In this document: positions 26,701-40,803 of the stretch, in pieces
Layout of the letters: the number at the start of each line of letters is the position of its first letter
How positions within the stretch are numbered: the first letter of the stretch is position 1
From: Raillietiella orientalis
Lineage: Eukaryota
Direction of reading: 5' to 3'
Length of the DNA stretch: 64,000 nt
Assembly (NCBI GenBank): GCA_036172245.1
Contig: JAYWIR010000002.1
Coordinates: 3,100,001 to 3,164,000 of the forward strand
The notes under the pieces: model-generated
Seen by the model: the letters and a program-made list of their open reading frames with translations, nothing else
Databases searched by the model: none
Told to the model about the DNA's origin: nothing
Program-made: the position numbers and the translations under genes

Positions 26701-28267
26701 CAAAAAAACCAAGAAAAACAACAGAAGAGTGCCAAGCAAAAGACAACGAGAAGCAGCAAGCCGGGGGGTGCCGACACTCCGCACTCGAACAGGGCATTCA
26801 AGATGGAAGAATCGGTGCTTGGACGTGCTGTCACTTCACAAGAATGCACCTCATCGCACTGTGGCTGCCTCGTGGCGATGGACGCGACCGTCAAGAAGTT
26901 CTAATGCAGGGAGAGGTACACGAGTGGAAACGAGTTTTCCGAAGAGAGGAGGAGCCATTTCCCAAGGAACTGTCAGAACTTTCCCCTGGAAGGCAGGAAA
27001 AGGTTGCTGATGAGGCGCTGCGTCTTTTCCTTTGCAACGTGACGACGACGACTGGGGGCGAAGCCCAGTTTGGTGTCCTCGAGGTTCTGAAAAGAAAAGG
27101 TCCGCCGAGTGATCCGGGAAACGGTTGTTGTTGTTGTTGTTTTTTCGAATCATCAAAGGGAAAAAATTGCAGCAGGTCCAGAGTGCAGCTTGCGCAAACT
27201 GGATAGCAGGAAGCAAGGAGGGTCTCTGGCACGAAACACGATTGGTTCCAGACAAAGATGCCGGACGCACCCAGCCTCTCTTTGCTTCGAAGATCGTCCA
27301 CGAACAGCTGCTAATTGAATCCAGTCACTGTTTAAGGAGCCTCGCGTTATCCTGCCAGAGCCAATCTGTCGTTTCGGCTACAAGTCGCAAAACGCAGACG
27401 CCCGAAATTGGAGCCTGTCCCCGGGAGGAGAGGGAGGGACTTTTTTTTCCCTCCTGAACGTCCGGGAGGACCGCGGGTGCAAGGCACTCAGCGCTCCATG
27501 GAGAGCATGCGATGGCTTGGTCGAGACGAGAGAAATGAGCGCAAAGAAGCCTTTAACGGCCCGGGGACATCTGATTACAAAAATTAGTCAACTGTTCCAT
27601 GGCTGCTCGTAAAGAAGGTAAAGAAGGCCATATGTGCACGCGTTTTGTATCAGTCTGTTGACGTAAGCAATTCTCTGGTGTAACGTTATCTGGGGACTGG
27701 GAGCCTGCAAAGAGTGCTGCCCCTGCGCAGCAGCGGCGGAGGAACCATGATGCTGTGACAGGGAAACAAATTGATTCGAGATGTTTTTCAAAGCAATATT
27801 GGATATTGAAATCTATTGAATACTGGCACTGTATTAATGAATACCATATCGATCAAGCGATAACAAAATACTACCAAATTACCTAAAAGCACTCCGTGCC
27901 TTCACGGAGACAATTTTCTATGCATTACTACACACGGGAGCAGCCATCTTTTGCCGTGTTTCCCATCAGAGAATTATCACGGGCGATTGAACACATTTCT
28001 ATGGAAATCAAACGTTCCATCGACGATGCGTCTTTGTAACTGGGCAATTTTTTTTTTTTTCTTTATTTTTCAGTCACACAAATGAATTTCGCTGTATGAT
28101 TGTAAACAAGCAAATAGCTGAAGGCTTCGAGTCTTTCTACAACGTCAGTGAAACACGGTAGTGGCGATTGTCTGAATTACGCCATAGTGCTAAACATTTT
28201 GTTCCTTTGTAAATCTCGAATCACGCAAGAAACGCATCCATTACTTAACACCAAACCACATCGCATT

Positions 28268-31200
28268 TTAAATGTCTTCCATCCCGGTTTCAGAAGGCAA
28301 ATCGGTGCGAGGTTCTGTGAGTTCGCAGACAGGAGAAGCTGAGGATTGACCTCTGAACGCTAATGCTGCTTCTGCTTCTGACAAGTCATCTTCATCCGTA
28401 TTAGCGAAACTTGTGGTCGTGTTGGAAGTAAACAGATTAGCTTTGTGATCGTCCATTTTCATTATTAATGAGTTCTCTAATTCAGAATCAGACATATCTG
28501 CATGGTTTCTCACGTGGTACTGATAAGGAAATTTGCATTCTTCTGATCCGAAAGCTTTTTGGATGATCTCATACGTCATTCCTGGCAGTTCCCTCTGAGA
28601 CCTATCAAAAGTTATAGTATTTGTTACACTGGAATTATGACAGAAATTAGCAAGGCATCTGAAAACACGAAGTTGTTAACATGCCTTTCCTGAAGGGCAT
28701 CTGCAAGCTTTTGAACGTATCGCGGAAGGGAAAAAGAAGAACAAAGCTGGAAATGGGGGGTGGTGCTACTGCCCGGTTGCAATACTGGCAGTGAACCCTG
28801 GTTAAGACGAAGAACCTCACGCAAATTTTGATAGCATTCCATCGTTGCGTTTCGAATGGGCAATCCCAAGCTTCCTATGTACATTCTCGTCATTTACAGA
28901 ATCCTCATTCTACCACCATTTGCTACAGACAGGTTACCGCAGATGACTGCATTTGGGGGAGGAGGGGCTCCTGCTGTAAGTGGAGCAGCGAGATCGTCAA
29001 GGAATTGCACCGTGTTGTCAGCCTTGTGGGATGACAGCGACTCTTGCCTTCGGAATCTGTGCATCGCCCAGGCTCTTGAAGATGGACACACCGTAACGAA
29101 CCCAACTCGGTTTCGTTGCACGCCAGAGGGAACTTTGCTGCTGGCTTCACCTTACTCTCTCGAACCAGACAGAGGCATAGGGAGTGTCTTCTCGTAACGC
29201 ACTGCTTGCGCAAGACGCTAGCTAAAATCCGACAGCTAGAATTCGTGACCCACGAGCCCACACTGTGGATGGGGGCTGCGTGCGCTTGCAGCAGCTGCCC
29301 TCAAAGGAGCAGGTAGGGTGTTTGGAAGGGTGAAACAATCATCAGAATCCGCATCTGGTGTGGAGCTGAAGTAGTGTGGCATCTTAATTCGACTCTTTGG
29401 TGTCATGAATTTTAAAAGTTCGAGTGCATTTTCCACTTGTTTAGTACTTCGGCATGCCGCGGAACTAGTCACCCATCTCCCGTTTACTGGACCAAAGTAT
29501 ATTCCACATTTTACCCCTGCGGCCGCATGCCACGTTTCGCATTTATGAACTCTGTCGTGCAAAAACCGAGCATTTCGTTCACGCCAAGATGAAAACGCGC
29601 GGGCTGGTGGAATGAGATGAGCGTTTACCATAACCCCCGTGTAAAAGATCCTGTAATTCCGGTGACAGAGGTGCCACGTACACCGAGAAGTGCCACTGTA
29701 TACCTAACCTAAAATAACGAATCTGATCTTTCCCGAATGCATGCCTGTTGTCAAAACATAAGCCGCACCCGCTGCTCCTGTTTGCATGTAAGAAGTTTGC
29801 ACGTGTGCATCTTAGGAACTAGAATTTCTAGAAAATGTATGAACACAGTTCAAGAGCACGTATTACGGCCCAATTACCATGTTCGTGCTATTGAAAATCC
29901 AAGTGCAAACGCTGCTTCGATCATCTGCTGAGCGTTCCTCGTTACGGTGAGCACGAAGGTGCACCTTCGGGGTTCACGCGGGAAGTGTGTTTTTGTGATT
30001 TTCGCCTGCACCGGGGGATATCTGGAAAGCTCCTTGCTTGTGGATCCAACCATGTGCCATCGCTGCATTGTCTGTTGTTTTCCTGCTAAGATTCGCATAT
30101 GGATGTCCATCGGAAACGCCCTACATTTTCTTCCGTGGACTACGAATCGGCGCTGTCGAGGTGGTTCGACGACTTTTGCTTGATCGTGCAACGTCTCGCA
30201 TCACTTTGAGCGCAAGTGCAGACTGCTTCAAGCAAGCACCACTGGGTGTGAGTGTACAAGGTTTCCAGTGGAGTAGACATGCAAATGCCAAGCATGTCCA
30301 CAGCAATTTAGCAGAACTGAATGCACATAAAATCAGAACAGTTGCGGTCCCGACCGATTACCGGTCGAATGCAGAGAGGCCATGCTGAATTTACGACGCA
30401 TGCTTCCGGTTGTGCGCCGCGCTGTACAGAAGACTCGCAAATGGTTTCCTGCATCTCCAAGCAAACGCAGGCACACACCTTTTTTATGCAAGGATGCACG
30501 TTACTGTGACAGGTCCCCGTGCACACGAAAAGCTGCCACGTCCCATGCAACATCAAAGAGAGAATCAAGAAAGAGTTCGTACTACTCGCAAACCAATGGC
30601 GCGCTCTCGCTGGACCCACGCGGGACACACAGTCATTCCCTGCGTAAGTGTACATACACGCGTACGTTTGCTGCTCTCTAGCTTGAAATTTCGTAGTTCC
30701 CAGGTACTTACGTGAGACTAACGTGTGCGAGCTCCTGATAAACATTCATCAGATACTTGCTGTTGGACAGGTCAATTTTGCTGACCGAATCTTCCACATC
30801 TTTCATTTCCAAATCGGTTGTTGGTCCTACTATCACATTTAGCAGTCGACCTTGCTTTTTCTCGATAGCATCCCTGTTCACGCCATCGACAACCAAAGTG
30901 AAGTCCAAATGAAGTTGCGGTAAAGCTATGTATTTGAAAAGGGGAGCGTGGCGAAAATACACATGCACGATTTCTCCCATGATTTGCTCCAACTGGAAGT
31001 TTCTGAAAATTCTCATCTTCCTTGGCGGATTCTGGAAGAAGAACAAAAAAAGAAAGAAAGGAAGGAAGGAAGCAAAGAGACGGTACAGCAAAAGAAAAAG
31101 AAAAAAAAAAAGAGGGTAGTGCGATGCTATTACTGGTCGCGGTGAAGATAAATGCTGAGCGTTCGATAACTACTTTTCCTTTCCGTGCTTAATAAGGCGA

Positions 31201-34200
31201 TCGAACTGCACGAGTTGTCATGAAGAACAACTTGGTGCTTAACAGCTGCCTGGAACATGCACTCCTTTTTTTTTTTTTCTCTGACTAAAATCCAATTTTT
31301 CCTCGCGCGTTGAGCAACTCGCCCACCGGTGCGGGGCACATTTCGCGCATGTGCCTTGCGTCCGTTCATGGATGCCTCGACGGTACATATTCGTTTCTTT
31401 ATATCAAGAAGGAATGGAGAATGTTACGAGACTGGACTCACGTGGACTGAGTGGCACACAAATAGTTCTTTGAAGTATTTGAAAACATCGTTCAAGTAGG
31501 AGAAAGGAGCGTAAGTCCAAAATTCGTGAGTCTTTTTCAGGATTGTGAACAAAGCAGAAGTCTGCATTGTATCCAGCTTGTAATTTCTAAGAGCAGAATA
31601 AACAAAAAGTCACAGTGTGTACAGATTCAAGGGATAAAGCAGACATCCATCCCTCTTAGTGAACTATACTCATGCTGCGATGGGTGCAGTTCTAGGAAAT
31701 AGAAAGACTGCACTTGCACATACATACACACGCACATGTATATTTAGAGTGACACGTTAACAACGTTTTCATGGTTCTTCCTCATTAGCTCTCTGGGAAT
31801 CAGGTTTGTATGTGGCCACATTTTGCATTTAGTTTTCGTCCTCGTGCTCTGTTTGTCAACAGGGATCGATGGCACCATTCTTTAAAAGCTTAGGCACTTG
31901 GTCCAGAGAACTGAAGCACGCGAATCTTTGGTCGCAGTGCTCCTTCCATCCCATTTTCTGCCACCCGCTGCATCCTGTAACTGCTCGTGCTCGTCACGAT
32001 GAACTTTCTATCTGGAGATCCGGTGTCAACTTGTCTTTCGTCAGGTCATGCTGAGTGGTTGTCAAGTTCTCGCACTGCTCAGCTTTGAACCCACTGCGCT
32101 TACCCTTCCCTTCTTCCGAGATACTGCCTCTTTTGCACCTCTCTGAAATTTGGCTGCAAAAACATTCCCTTCCTCGCCGGCCAGGACCGATGCTAGTTCA
32201 TGATGGACAGCATGCAAGAGGATAAAGTTGAATTCGGAACAGAAGATAATTTCAAAAGGAGATTTTCCTTCCTTTCCTTCTGTCTTATTAAGCATCCTGG
32301 CCACCATCTTGATCTTGGAGCTGTTGCGAACTGCACATCCTCCAGCATCTGTTCCGTGAGAACGAAATCGAGGTTCCTCTTCCTTTGTCAGTTTTACTGC
32401 ATGACGACCGCTATCGGCGGAGTTTTCTTGGCAACCAATCTTGCAGTGAGCACATCGGTTCACAGAGAGCTTTGTGGGGAAAACTAAGGCATCTCGCAAC
32501 GCAAAATGTTTTCATTTCAAGGCTGTAACGACCCAAGGACCAAGGCTCTTCTTTCTCAGCCATACCAAGCCAGTGCTTCCATAGACGTGGTGCTTGAATC
32601 CGGTTTGCTAGACACCTCTCACCTCCGAATCCACGAGATTCGTAATCGGGAACGACAAGAGTCGAGTTCAACCAAATCGCTGCCGCAAATAAATAGGGAT
32701 CCGGACAAACATAGAGGCAGATAGGAAAAGGCAGGCAGTGAGTGAAAAGATGCTGGTGGACTTTCTGGTGATGCTTTTTCCTCACCTCCTTCAATTCAGA
32801 AATGCGAGCGAGAGAGATGGCTTTCTCATTCCAGGCATCTTGAATCCCCACTTTCGAGATTTCCTACCCGTTCCAGCTGTCCTTTTCGAGGACACAGTGA
32901 GACCTGCTGTTCCCGGGATCGGAATCCTCGGGAAAAATTTAACTCGAGCTTTCCTCGAACGAATTTTCAGAGTCGGATAATGGTCGGTTTAGGGGAAAGC
33001 GTTCATTTCATTTTCTTTACGCCTGCCTGAGAAATTGGAACTTCAGCTTCAACGAGTGCGCGATTATCATTTTCGCTCTCCCAAAGACTGCCTACTTCGT
33101 CTCAGTGAAGACGAAACAGCTGATGTATCTGTCTGGCACTTTTGATGAGCACCCGTCACCAATTAATCGCAGTTTCTCAAAGATGATTTTTTTTTTCCCC
33201 CCCCATCTATTAACGTCTTGCTTTTTCTTCACGAGTGACTTCTCAGAAATTTGTTTTTTCCCGCTTGGCCGTCCACAAAGAAATAAATAATAGCAACGAA
33301 AGGAATAATATGCGGCGAGGTGCGATCAATTCGCCGCATTCAGAGCGAGTAGAGCATAAGCTGTACCACAGAGCTGGAGGCTTATCGAATCCGCAAAAAA
33401 ACAGAAAAAAAGAAGGAAAGAAAGAAAAAGAAAAAAGAGAAAAAAAAGAGAGCATTTTATTCCAAAAAAATCATCTGTATCAAATATTCGTCCTGATTTA
33501 CAAGGAATCCGCGATACTGCAATGAAGATTCTTCCGTAGGATAACCGCACAAATCGATTTTGATCGAAGAGCTCCATAAAGCTTTTCTGTCCTCTCTCCT
33601 CCAGATCCGTATCACAGACTATACACTTCTATTCGTTAAACTGAATCGCAATTCGATTATCCAGTTCTAATGAAACACTCTTTACTTAGACGTTGCTAAT
33701 TTGTCTGCAACGCTCAACACTCAGCATTTCTGAAAGTATGTTCTGAAATGAACTTACGAAGCGGTTTTAAGAGCATAAAGGTACACCTCAAGAGTGATCG
33801 CAGCACTTGGGTTGCTTTCATGGTTTCCAAGTTCGGGAAACAGCGTTACTAAAACGAATTGAATTTTCATTATTTTTGTGACAGACAGTGCACAATAAGG
33901 AAGTCTGCCTTCGCTTTATTACAAACCCGTGGACTAGGACTTTTTAGAATACTTTTTAGAATGCTCCGTTGAATATTCGTTTAATGTCTTCCGGGACAAG
34001 AACACGTTTCCTGAGAAAGCACGAAACACGAGAGAAGTTTGCAATCAGACACAGCAGTCCAGTCCTCTAGTGGCAATGCTGAGCTTCGAGGTCAAGAACA
34101 GCAGTAGTGTTGCTGCAACGGCGAACTTTTGAGAAGCCGAATGTGTTCTGTGAGTCCGTTCAGTGAGTTTGGCAATTTACTGGGATGAAAATCAGAAACT

Positions 34201-37200
34201 TTTGTGTTCACTTCGGCAAACTTCTCTGTTTCAGCCGACGGGAAGGATCAATACGCGGGAAGCAAAAGCGTTTCTCTATCCATTCCTATGAAAATAGCAA
34301 AACTCCAAATGATACTGCGGTGCACTGATTTACACATACAACAGGAAATTCATCCTGCTGTATTTGCTTCCATCACGTCTGTACTCACAGGGCAACAGAG
34401 AAGGCACGTTCTGCGCTTCTCAAAGTCGTGCGTTTCTCAGGTTCGTTCTTTTCCCATGATTTACTGACCCGCTTCGCATGACTCTTCGTTAAGACGAAGA
34501 GTGGATGCACTCTCAGGCAAACATGCGAAAGTACTTTTGCAAAACAACAGTGTGCACTGCTGACATTCTGTCAATTTCCCATTTCGACACATTTATCTGT
34601 GTGCTGCAACACTGTCCAAAGGAAGGTTCGGATGTGGTAGTCAACAACACTCCAGGTAAAAGCGTGCATCGATTCCTCACATGACCGATGGAGAATCACT
34701 GGAGCTAAATACCTAATGTAAAACAGCTCAAACACAGAGAAAGCGCTGATCGTCATCGATGAATCATCTCTCCAGAATGAACGCAAACGAGAAATCCTAT
34801 TCCGTTCTTGGCCGTTGCATGCATATACTATGGTTCGCATCTGCTTTCCAACAGGAAAAAAGTTTCTAGGGGTTTCTTAGGGAACACAGCAGACATTGGC
34901 CAAACCAAGCCTTGACTGTTTTTCGCTCTGATCCTTGATACACAAGCGTTCCAGAGAACTACTACTAAGTACGATGCGAGCTCAGGTCAACAAGTCTCTC
35001 TGAGTTCAGGTGACGAACTACCAGTGCCTCATTCGTGTTTTCTTTCGAGTTCTCTTGCGGATACATACTTCTTTTGGCTGACGAACGGAATAGGTCTGCT
35101 TCCATCTTGTCTTGCCCGGTTCACAGATATGCGAGTTGTGCTATTTTCCGGCTATGCTTCCTGCGCTTAAGTCTGTTCTGCTCGAATCCTACGGATTAAG
35201 AATGGCACGAGTACGTCTTTACACCTTGCGGGTGGTCATCATAAAATACAAGGCTCGCACAAGTTCGAAAACTCTGTGGCTTCCTACTTCTGGGAGACTG
35301 GCAACGGCCTCGAACTTCAATGCAGGAGCGAGGATAGTAAGAGCGAGGATTCGCAAAGCATACTCTACCCGACGAATTCAACCTCGGCAAAGAGCGAGAG
35401 CGTATCGCACTTCATTGGTTTATAGAAATTCCATCAGTAATCCACGATGGTCTCGAACCCTACTTGGATACCCAAGTGCGCAAAGGGGTCGAGGCATTTA
35501 CAAAACACATACTATCCATCATTCTTTAGGGCTCATAAAAACTGTTCAAGTTTTGCACTTCGGGCTTCCAATCCACAATTAAGAAGACTCGTTTGCTTAT
35601 CGAATAGCGATTTCCGTGTAGCCGCTAAGAGTGCTGTGCATTCACGAGCCGCCAGTTGGCTGCCAGCCAAAGATCTGCCAGGCCTTCTACGCAATCTTTG
35701 GTGCACAGTCCTTAGCGTTTAACCGTCGTCGGAATTTCGGCTTGTAAGCCACATCACGAAGTGCACAATACATGAAACTGTGCAAATAAGCCACGTCTAT
35801 AGCGCAATCCAAAGTACAGTGCTACTTTGTACAGTATGTCATCATATATATATAGGGTAGGGTGCACACATATGGACAACCGAGAGTCTACAAGCCTATA
35901 CGCTTCTGTGAGGATTCATATCATGAATATATATACACTCATTACAGAATCAGTGAGACAGCATCCTGTGCACTTCCTTGGCGTTCTACATATTCGATGA
36001 TGCATCTGTAATTTCATTAAAACTCATATCCGTTTGTTGTTGTTCGGGTAGCACGAGTACATGGCTGAGTTTCAACCATTAACGACAGTAATGGGGACTG
36101 TTTATTCTTCGAGAATCTCCTTCCGCTCATCCATCTTTCTTTCTCGAGCACGAATGCCTCGATCTAGGGGAAGCAAGCAAGTCTACATATAATCCAAGCT
36201 ACTTAGTGAGGCATCTTTACAAGAAGACCATGACACGGTTCGTGCTTCTGTCAGCACTTCTCGATTTTAATTTTCAACTTCCTCAGTGATCCACGCATCC
36301 AGCATGTTCCAATCCATTCAGCACTCCCACGTTCTCAATGCGAACATTTGCTTGATGGTCACTCCAGGAATGTGATCCGCATTCATGAAATTTGGAACAG
36401 GAACGGATGCATTTGGACCCGGATTGCATGTCAGCCCGTTGGAAGTTTGTTCGCATATGACCTTCTCAAAGCTTCTGTCTCAAAGATCTTGCCCCGAGTT
36501 CGACGAAAACATTAAGAAGAAGAAGAAAAAAAAAAAAAGGGATGAAAACTTTATTCGCCCAATCGGTGAATCCATCGATTCAGTTGGTCCATCGTCTTCT
36601 CCAATCTGGAAAGGCTTTTCTCAAAATTACAGTCGTTCGTCACGAGACCGATCCGCTGCTCAGAAATTCTGATTAGAGCCTGGGCATCAGATCACATAAA
36701 TTCCGATTGGTTTCAGATTATCCTTAAATTTTGAAGTATCCGCGTGGGAGAAGCAATCGACCATGTGCTTGCATTCTCAAATGCTCGCTGTCTAGCACAG
36801 CATGGAACCTACGGCCTGGAACCCTGGCGGAACTTATCCAGTATATCATCTGATTATCGGAATCAAATTGAAATCACAGAATTTTCTGAAGCTCACAAGA
36901 AGGTGCAATTTTTCATCTTCTCCAACCCTATTGTTTATGTTCGTTCACAGTGCGTGCAGAAACTTGGGAAACACTCGTGAATTCGTGAAGAGCAATAGGC
37001 GCGTGGGGCATTCGTGTTTTCTAAAACGGCTCACGGAAGGTCTTTGAAGAGTAAACTGTACGAAGTTTTCTTTATGGCATGACTTTCTTTTTTTATTTAT
37101 GCCTGTGTGAAAAATGCGTCCGCATTTTTCACATCAACGCAAAACGTCCTTTCTTGAGAGCTAGGAAGGCGTGATGATCCGATACTGCCCCTCCCCCGCT

Positions 37201-39085
37201 CCCCCCCCCTCCGAAAGTTTCGCGGTTCCCATTCGATTCAAATGTTTCTTCTTGGATACTTCACTCGCATATGTGCCGCTGCAAGTCAAAACATTTTAGC
37301 ACCTCAGAGGGAACTCTTTTATTTGTGATTCAGTAGGTACGCAACTGTTTTTGTTAGTAGGAAGAACTGAATCTGTACAGCTCACAATGCGGGCGTGCAA
37401 CGACACTTTAAGTATCATTTTGAAAGTGCTATTTTTCTTATCGCTGTCTCTGTTATTCCTGTTCTACAGCACCAACCCTCATTCCCAATTTTCGGAACAG
37501 AATTTTCCCTGCATGCGGATTTATGCAAATTTCTTACGCGTATCTTCCTTTTAATCCAATTTCGACCTAGCGTGTTGTACTGAACTGACTCCACCTTTAT
37601 TCCTACCAATGGTGTATTGATGAAGCTTACTGTGAATTCCACTTTCTGTGCCTTGACCTTGCTGATGCCGGAGTGATGAAGGTCCTTTTTCCTTTTTTTC
37701 GAGAGTAGAAAGAGTCGAAATAAGTATCCACATTTGGTACTTGGCATCAGAGTTAGCAAATGCTTTCGAATTTTAGTGGATAAGCTATGCGAGGAAATGA
37801 TATATCTATTGTCCATGTGAGTGCAATCCGAGGTGATTCGGAAGAATGGAAATTTTCCTAGAGATTTCCATTTCTGAAGGGAACGCTTTCAACTTCAGTT
37901 TCCTTAGTTGCACGGTTGGGATTCCATTTTCACCGAGCTCTTTCTATTTCGGCACTTCCCATTTCAATGGTTTCACGGAACACTTGTGAAACCAGTAAGA
38001 TAGAGCTGAATTCAATAGAATCCCCGACTGCGATAGTAATGTTCAGTGAGTTCCGTTTCCAGTAATTCTCCAAGCATCCGCCACCTTCCATTTCGGTGAA
38101 ATTTGCAAAAAGCCGTTCGTTTCTCGACAGGATTATCTCCGCTTGGCGTTTCTAGCAAAATCTGCTTCCGAAAGACAAAACAAAACAAAAACATATTCAG
38201 CCTTATTACTTAAAAGTGCTCTGACAATAATGAAATCGATAAGAATTTTATTTCGAAACCCCATCGACTGCCGCTTATTCACTTTTTCTCATCCCTTTGC
38301 ATGCGTATTCGTTTCGGGATGCCCGCAGCCGGCATGAGTGGACCGGAAGAACTTCCAGAGCTTCGGTTCTTTAAGGAACCATCTTCGAGAAAACTTTTGT
38401 TCTCAAAGTTCTTTAAGAAAACCTGTGCTTCCCACGACTTTCGCCACGCAGAAATTTCTTTTCTCGAAAACCAAGTGTACCATTTTTTCAACGGAATTCG
38501 GCTGAAGCGTTTGGAAGCACCCGTAGCATTACAACTCATGCATAACCTTGCTAATTTGAAACAGACGTGGAATTTTTTGCTTTGGTCGGCACAGAATCGC
38601 TAAACAGTTGGCGGCAATCAGCTTCCCATTTGTATGGGTACCACACTCAAACACGAACACTTTCAAAACGAACCTCAGGCATAGCAGGAGGTATATCACT
38701 CATGATGCTTAATTTCTTTTTGTGATTTAAGAATAAAAACTCAAACAACCTTGTCAGTAATAATCATAATAATCAAAATCATAATAAAGCAAAACAAAAC
38801 TGAGCTACACATAACTTTTCCTCCTCCCCCATTCACAAATTAGCATTCAATTATACAATTATACATCATACTTAGGTATGATTTCACATCATCCCAGTTG
38901 TTCAGACTCTCTATTTTCTGTATTTCTTCCCTATCAAGATCTAGCGTGAAGCATATTTCTGCTTGAGGGGGAGATACGTAATAGGTGAAATCTTGCACAT
39001 TGAATTCTTCTGGAACGAGAGGCAATTGGGTAGAAATCTTAGCATTTTGTTCATTCAATTGCAGTGCATGATTCGAAAAATTCAT
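28268..39085 (-). CDS. CFAP119: CFAP119/CCDC189-like (CLAMP domain) protein, paralog 1. Exons 39085-38872, candidate 34698-34611, 31586-31442, 31031-30712, 28658-28268
   Basis: Exon translations AEICFTLDLDREEIQKIE...VKSYL, KLDTMQTSALFTILKKTHE...DVFKYFKELFVCHSV and NPP....IF...QL......IVHVYFRHAPLFKYIALPQLHLDFTL match the CFAP119 family pattern as recalled (QTSA...H...Y.YF..VL.CH.V.RPPF...TYFRHFKLYKYVFTPQ..LDL). Splice phases 1,2,0,2 are compatible. Exon 2 has a weak donor; the start codon and last exon are less certain. Confidence 0.75.
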
Positions 39086-40028
39086 ATCCGAGCTATGTAA
39101 AAATGTTAAATTGTTCACAAATATGACTTCTTTCCATCGGATAGCCAATTTGAAAGTTTGACTGAGGCCTTCGCAGTCGCACCACAAATCGGAATTTTAT
39201 TTCAACAATCGCGGTGCCGGGGCAACCGAACAACCAAGTTTCGCCCAGTGCCATCTGATGATGGATCAACGAATGTAGCGGAGCACCGATAATCTGACGA
39301 GTTTGGGGAAAAAAAACCAAAAAAACAAGGGAAATTTTTTTTCCTTCCCTCAATAACAACTCAACTTTCTTCTTCTTCTTCCTTCCCCCCCCTCCCCTCC
39401 CCTTCTTCAACTCTTCGTAGTGAGATTTATGATTTTTTTCAACGTGAACCCGTGGTTTATTTGTTCCATTATTTTTGGCAACGCCAAGATAGGCATGTAT
39501 TCCGTTGCGATTTCGAAAAAGAGGTTGAAGTTCGAAAAAAAAAAAAAAAAAGGGAGAGAAGAAAAAGTTAAGAGAAGGGATATTGATTTTATTCAGGGAG
39601 CATTCTCTTGGATAGTCTCATTTTGGTGATATCGAAACAACGATTATCAGCAGGCAGGCACACGTGAGGAAGGGGAAGTCCGCAGAGTCGCGGCGCCGAT
39701 GAACGCGCCTTGTTTTCGGGGAACGCGGCGCCCCCTCGCCAAAGCCGCGAAAGTGGGGAAGGTCCTGACTCCTTTCCACGGACCCGGGGCAATCGTCGTC
39801 GGCATCCCCGGCACTTTCCAGTGCCGGGGATGCCGACGTGCACTTTGCGCGCGCCGGTCACGGCAGGCAGCCTTCCCCGGGACTGGAAATCCGGGAGAGC
39901 CGCGGCGATTTTTCTGCGGCGAGTGGCGTCCGCAAAAGCCGATAGGGAAGCACCGAGTTTCTCGCCCGCGAGTCCCTGGTGCTTTCCGCCGCCGCGGGCG
40001 CCCGCTGCGGGGAGCCCTGGGGATCGCC

Positions 40029-40180
40029 CTGATTGGGAGGGCCTTACGAGCTTTAGCACAGCACTGCGCGGGCCAAACGCTGCTCCCGCCCCATCCATAC
40101 GCAGTCTTCATTATCCCTGATTGGGTTATTCACTGCGCATCAGAGATGCCCTTATTTATTTTCGACCGCGAGCTGATTGC
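40029..40180. promoter_or_regulatory. Candidate promoter: inverted CCAAT boxes and GC box
   Basis: CTGATTGG at 40029 and 40117, CTGATTGC at 40173, CCCGCCCC at 40085; CpG-rich; ~1 kb upstream of paralog 1 and just upstream of a small + ORF. Confidence 0.4.
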
Positions 40181-40296
40181 GGTGTCTTCCCGCCTCCCGA
40201 TTCGCTGGCCCGCCTTCCCTTTTCTCCGAAAAACTTATGTGTGTGTTTTTTTCTTCTTTCCTGGCACGGGACTTCTTCGCCTTGTTGTCTCCAAGC

Positions 40297-40428
40297 AGGG
40301 GAGAAGAGGAGGAAGAGGAAGAGGGAGGAAGGGGACAGGACAGAGGGAAGAGGAGGAAGGGAGGAGGAAGAGGGAAGGAAGAGGAGGAGGAGGAAGGGAG
40401 GAAGAGGGAAGGAAGAGGAGGAGGAAGG
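40297..40428 (+). repeat. Polypurine (GGA/GAA-type) low-complexity tract
   Basis: About 130 nt that are almost exclusively G/A. Confidence 0.85.
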
Positions 40429-40462
40429 CTCTGGTGGAAGCAAGATAGATGCTGCAGTCATT

Positions 40463-40803
40463 ATGGCCTCTCCAACGCGCTTCGTGCCCACAATTTATAG
40501 GCGAAAGCAGAGCTTCTTCCCGCCCACGCGTCTTCCTCCCTTCTCTCTCCCTTCCCCTGCTTCCTTGTGTGCCCGCTCCGAAACGAAGCGAGGGATTCCT
40601 TCCCAGATGTTCCCCTGAAGGGACGTTCGTTCTCTCCTCGAAGAGGTCGGGGTCCCGGAGAAGGAGTGGCTCCGTTCCGCGGGCTGCCCATCAGCTGGAG
40701 GAACGTCATGACCTGGCGCAACGCGGACCGGCTCAAGTGGATGCAGCTGAAGAAGGTGGAGCCCCCTGGTGCCGGACGGGACCCGGTCCTTGCGAAGCCG
40801 TGA
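40463..40803 (+). CDS. Possible small two-exon protein of unknown function (40463-40500, 40644-40803)
   Basis: MASPTRFVPTIYR joined in phase to GRGPGEGVAPFRGLPISWRNVMTWRNADRLKWMQLKKVEPPGAGRDPVLAKP*. Strong third-position G/C bias in the second part; requires a GC donor. Confidence 0.3.

Noticed and set aside
28602-28627. Apparent 26-nt GT-AG intron joining ORFs 28624-28893 and 28268-28579
   Set aside because: Unnecessary: the frame is open from the TTTTCAG acceptor at 28659 through to the stop at 28268.
28660-30710. Several 75-130 aa minus-strand ORFs, one with KVKPAAKFPLAC resembling paralog 2 KVPAAFPLIC
   Set aside because: Joining them needs implausible tiny introns, and the flanking exons already join in phase. 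Treated as intron, though an extra exon is not excluded.
27500-39500. AT-richer block as an endogenous virus or horizontally acquired island
   Set aside because: No dense viral ORFs; it is explained by the exons and long introns of CFAP119-like paralog 1.
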